IMG/VR virus record: IMGVR_UViG_3300045988_138147 | Reading direction: 5' to 3' (one strand) | DNA length: 64,000 nt | DNA from: a virus | Shown: one piece after another, positions 63,494-64,000 of the stretch | Position numbering within the stretch: position 1 is the stretch's first letter | How the letters are laid out: each line of letters starts with the position of its first letter | Notes under the pieces: generated by a model | The model's input: the letters and a program-made list of their open reading frames with translations, nothing else | Database searches by the model: none | Told to the model about the DNA's origin: nothing | Program-made: the position numbers and the translations under genes

Positions 63494-64000
63494 TTAATCA
63501 ACTTCCACTAACTCACCGTTTTCTAGTCTATACCATGTATCAGCCTTGACAACTTCACCATCGACTAATACAGCCTTCCAATCGACAATATCATACGTAT
63601 CTTCCCCTTCTTCAGCTATAACCAAAATTGCACCTATTCCGCCTTTTACCTGAACATTGTTACCTCTTGCCACTGACAAACCATTTGATCCGGTTGAAGC
63701 CTTTCCTCTTGCCGTGGCAGCACCACTATCACCAGCCGTGGCAGCACCATACTCACCAGCCGTGGCAGCACCTCTATCACCAGCCGTGGCAGCACCATAA
63801 TTACCAGCCGTGGCAGCACCATACTCACCAGCCGTGGCAGCACCACCATTACCAGCCGTGGCAGCACCATACTCACCAGCCGTGGCAGCACCATAATTAC
63901 CAGCCGTGGCAGCACCATACTCACCAGCCGTGGCAGCACCTCTATCACCAGCCGTGGCAGCACCTCTATCACCAGCCGTGGCAGCACCTCTATCACCAGC
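63494..64000 (-). CDS. octapeptide-repeat protein, 3' part (N-terminus beyond the window)
   Basis: The frame of ORF 63494..63679 stays open upstream through the repeats as (G-[DEN]-[SYRG]-G-A-A-T-A)n. The listed TTG start is only the first start-like codon in that frame. Confidence 0.6.
   Translation of the reverse strand, partial: AGDRGAATAGDRGAATAGDRGAATAGEYGAATAGNYGAATAGEYGAATAGNGGAATAGEYGAATAGNYGAATAGDRGAATAGEYGAATAGDSGAATARGKASTGSNGLSVARGNNVQVKGGIGAILVIAEEGEDTYDIVDWKAVLVDGEVVKADTWYRLENGELVEVD
63711..64000. repeat. tandem 24-bp repeat, at least 12 units, truncated by the window edge
   Basis: GCCGTGGCAGCACC-NNNNNN-ACCA; 18 of 24 positions invariant. Confidence 0.9.

Larger units (their letters stand above)
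4774..64000. mobile_element. Temperate tailed-phage genome / prophage (continues past the right window edge); left boundary taken at the tRNA-fragment att core, but 1-4773 may belong to the same element if the att region is an intact attP
   Basis: Terminase, portal, capsid, tape measure, lysis genes, recombinases and many small early genes in contiguous blocks. Confidence 0.75.

Noticed and set aside
63646-63996. ORF-track protein MIEVLPRLVIEVLPRLV... (116 aa)
   Set aside because: This is an alternative frame through the 24-bp repeats. It is not contiguous with any non-repeat domain. The G-x-x-GAATA frame continues into the well-formed C-terminal domain 63494..63679.
63711-64000. Possible CRISPR array
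   Set aside because: The units are directly abutting 24-bp repeats with no spacers, and the array is in frame with a coding region. It is a coding tandem repeat.

Overview
This 64-kb window is almost entirely a temperate tailed-phage genome or prophage. It looks Bacteroidota-type (TAnnTTTG promoter motifs, Bacteroides-style tyrosine integrases), but the host assignment is inference. Layout: (1) 1-3300: small membrane/secreted ORFs plus an RHH-YafQ/RelE toxin-antitoxin pair. (2) 3378-4880: a tyrosine integrase next to an att core that is the 3' half of a tRNA, flanked on both sides by the same arm-like repeats. (3) 5283-7825: a second tyrosine recombinase abutting what I read as a multi-cassette invertible (shufflon-like) locus that exchanges the C-terminus of a small tail-fibre protein; this is the headline finding. 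(4) 7839-23208: leftward structural arm with a collagen-like fibre, an SGNH-esterase tail protein, a 1339-aa tail protein, portal and large terminase. (5) 23349-34533: rightward arm with scaffold, capsid, connectors, tail tube, a -1 frameshift chaperone pair and a 1789-aa tape measure. (6) 34564-37486: lysis cassette (holin, GH108 endolysin, candidate u-spanin) interrupted by an antisense membrane gene and a HicAB module. (7) 37745-43041: self-contained accessory cassettes, namely a cluster of low-complexity proteins, an HExxH protein pair, and an XRE-ImmA/IrrE fusion with a PIN-like partner. (8) 43328-63428: early/replication-type genes on both strands, including a serine recombinase, a 1.1-kb ORF-free control region, ParB-like and RecA-fold ATPase genes, YopX, a DNA methyltransferase and an Xer-like recombinase. 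(9) 63494-64000: the 3' part of a gene built from near-identical 24-bp repeats that runs off the window. I saw no rRNA, intact tRNA, CRISPR array or reverse transcriptase. All functional calls come from motif recognition by eye, with no searches run.
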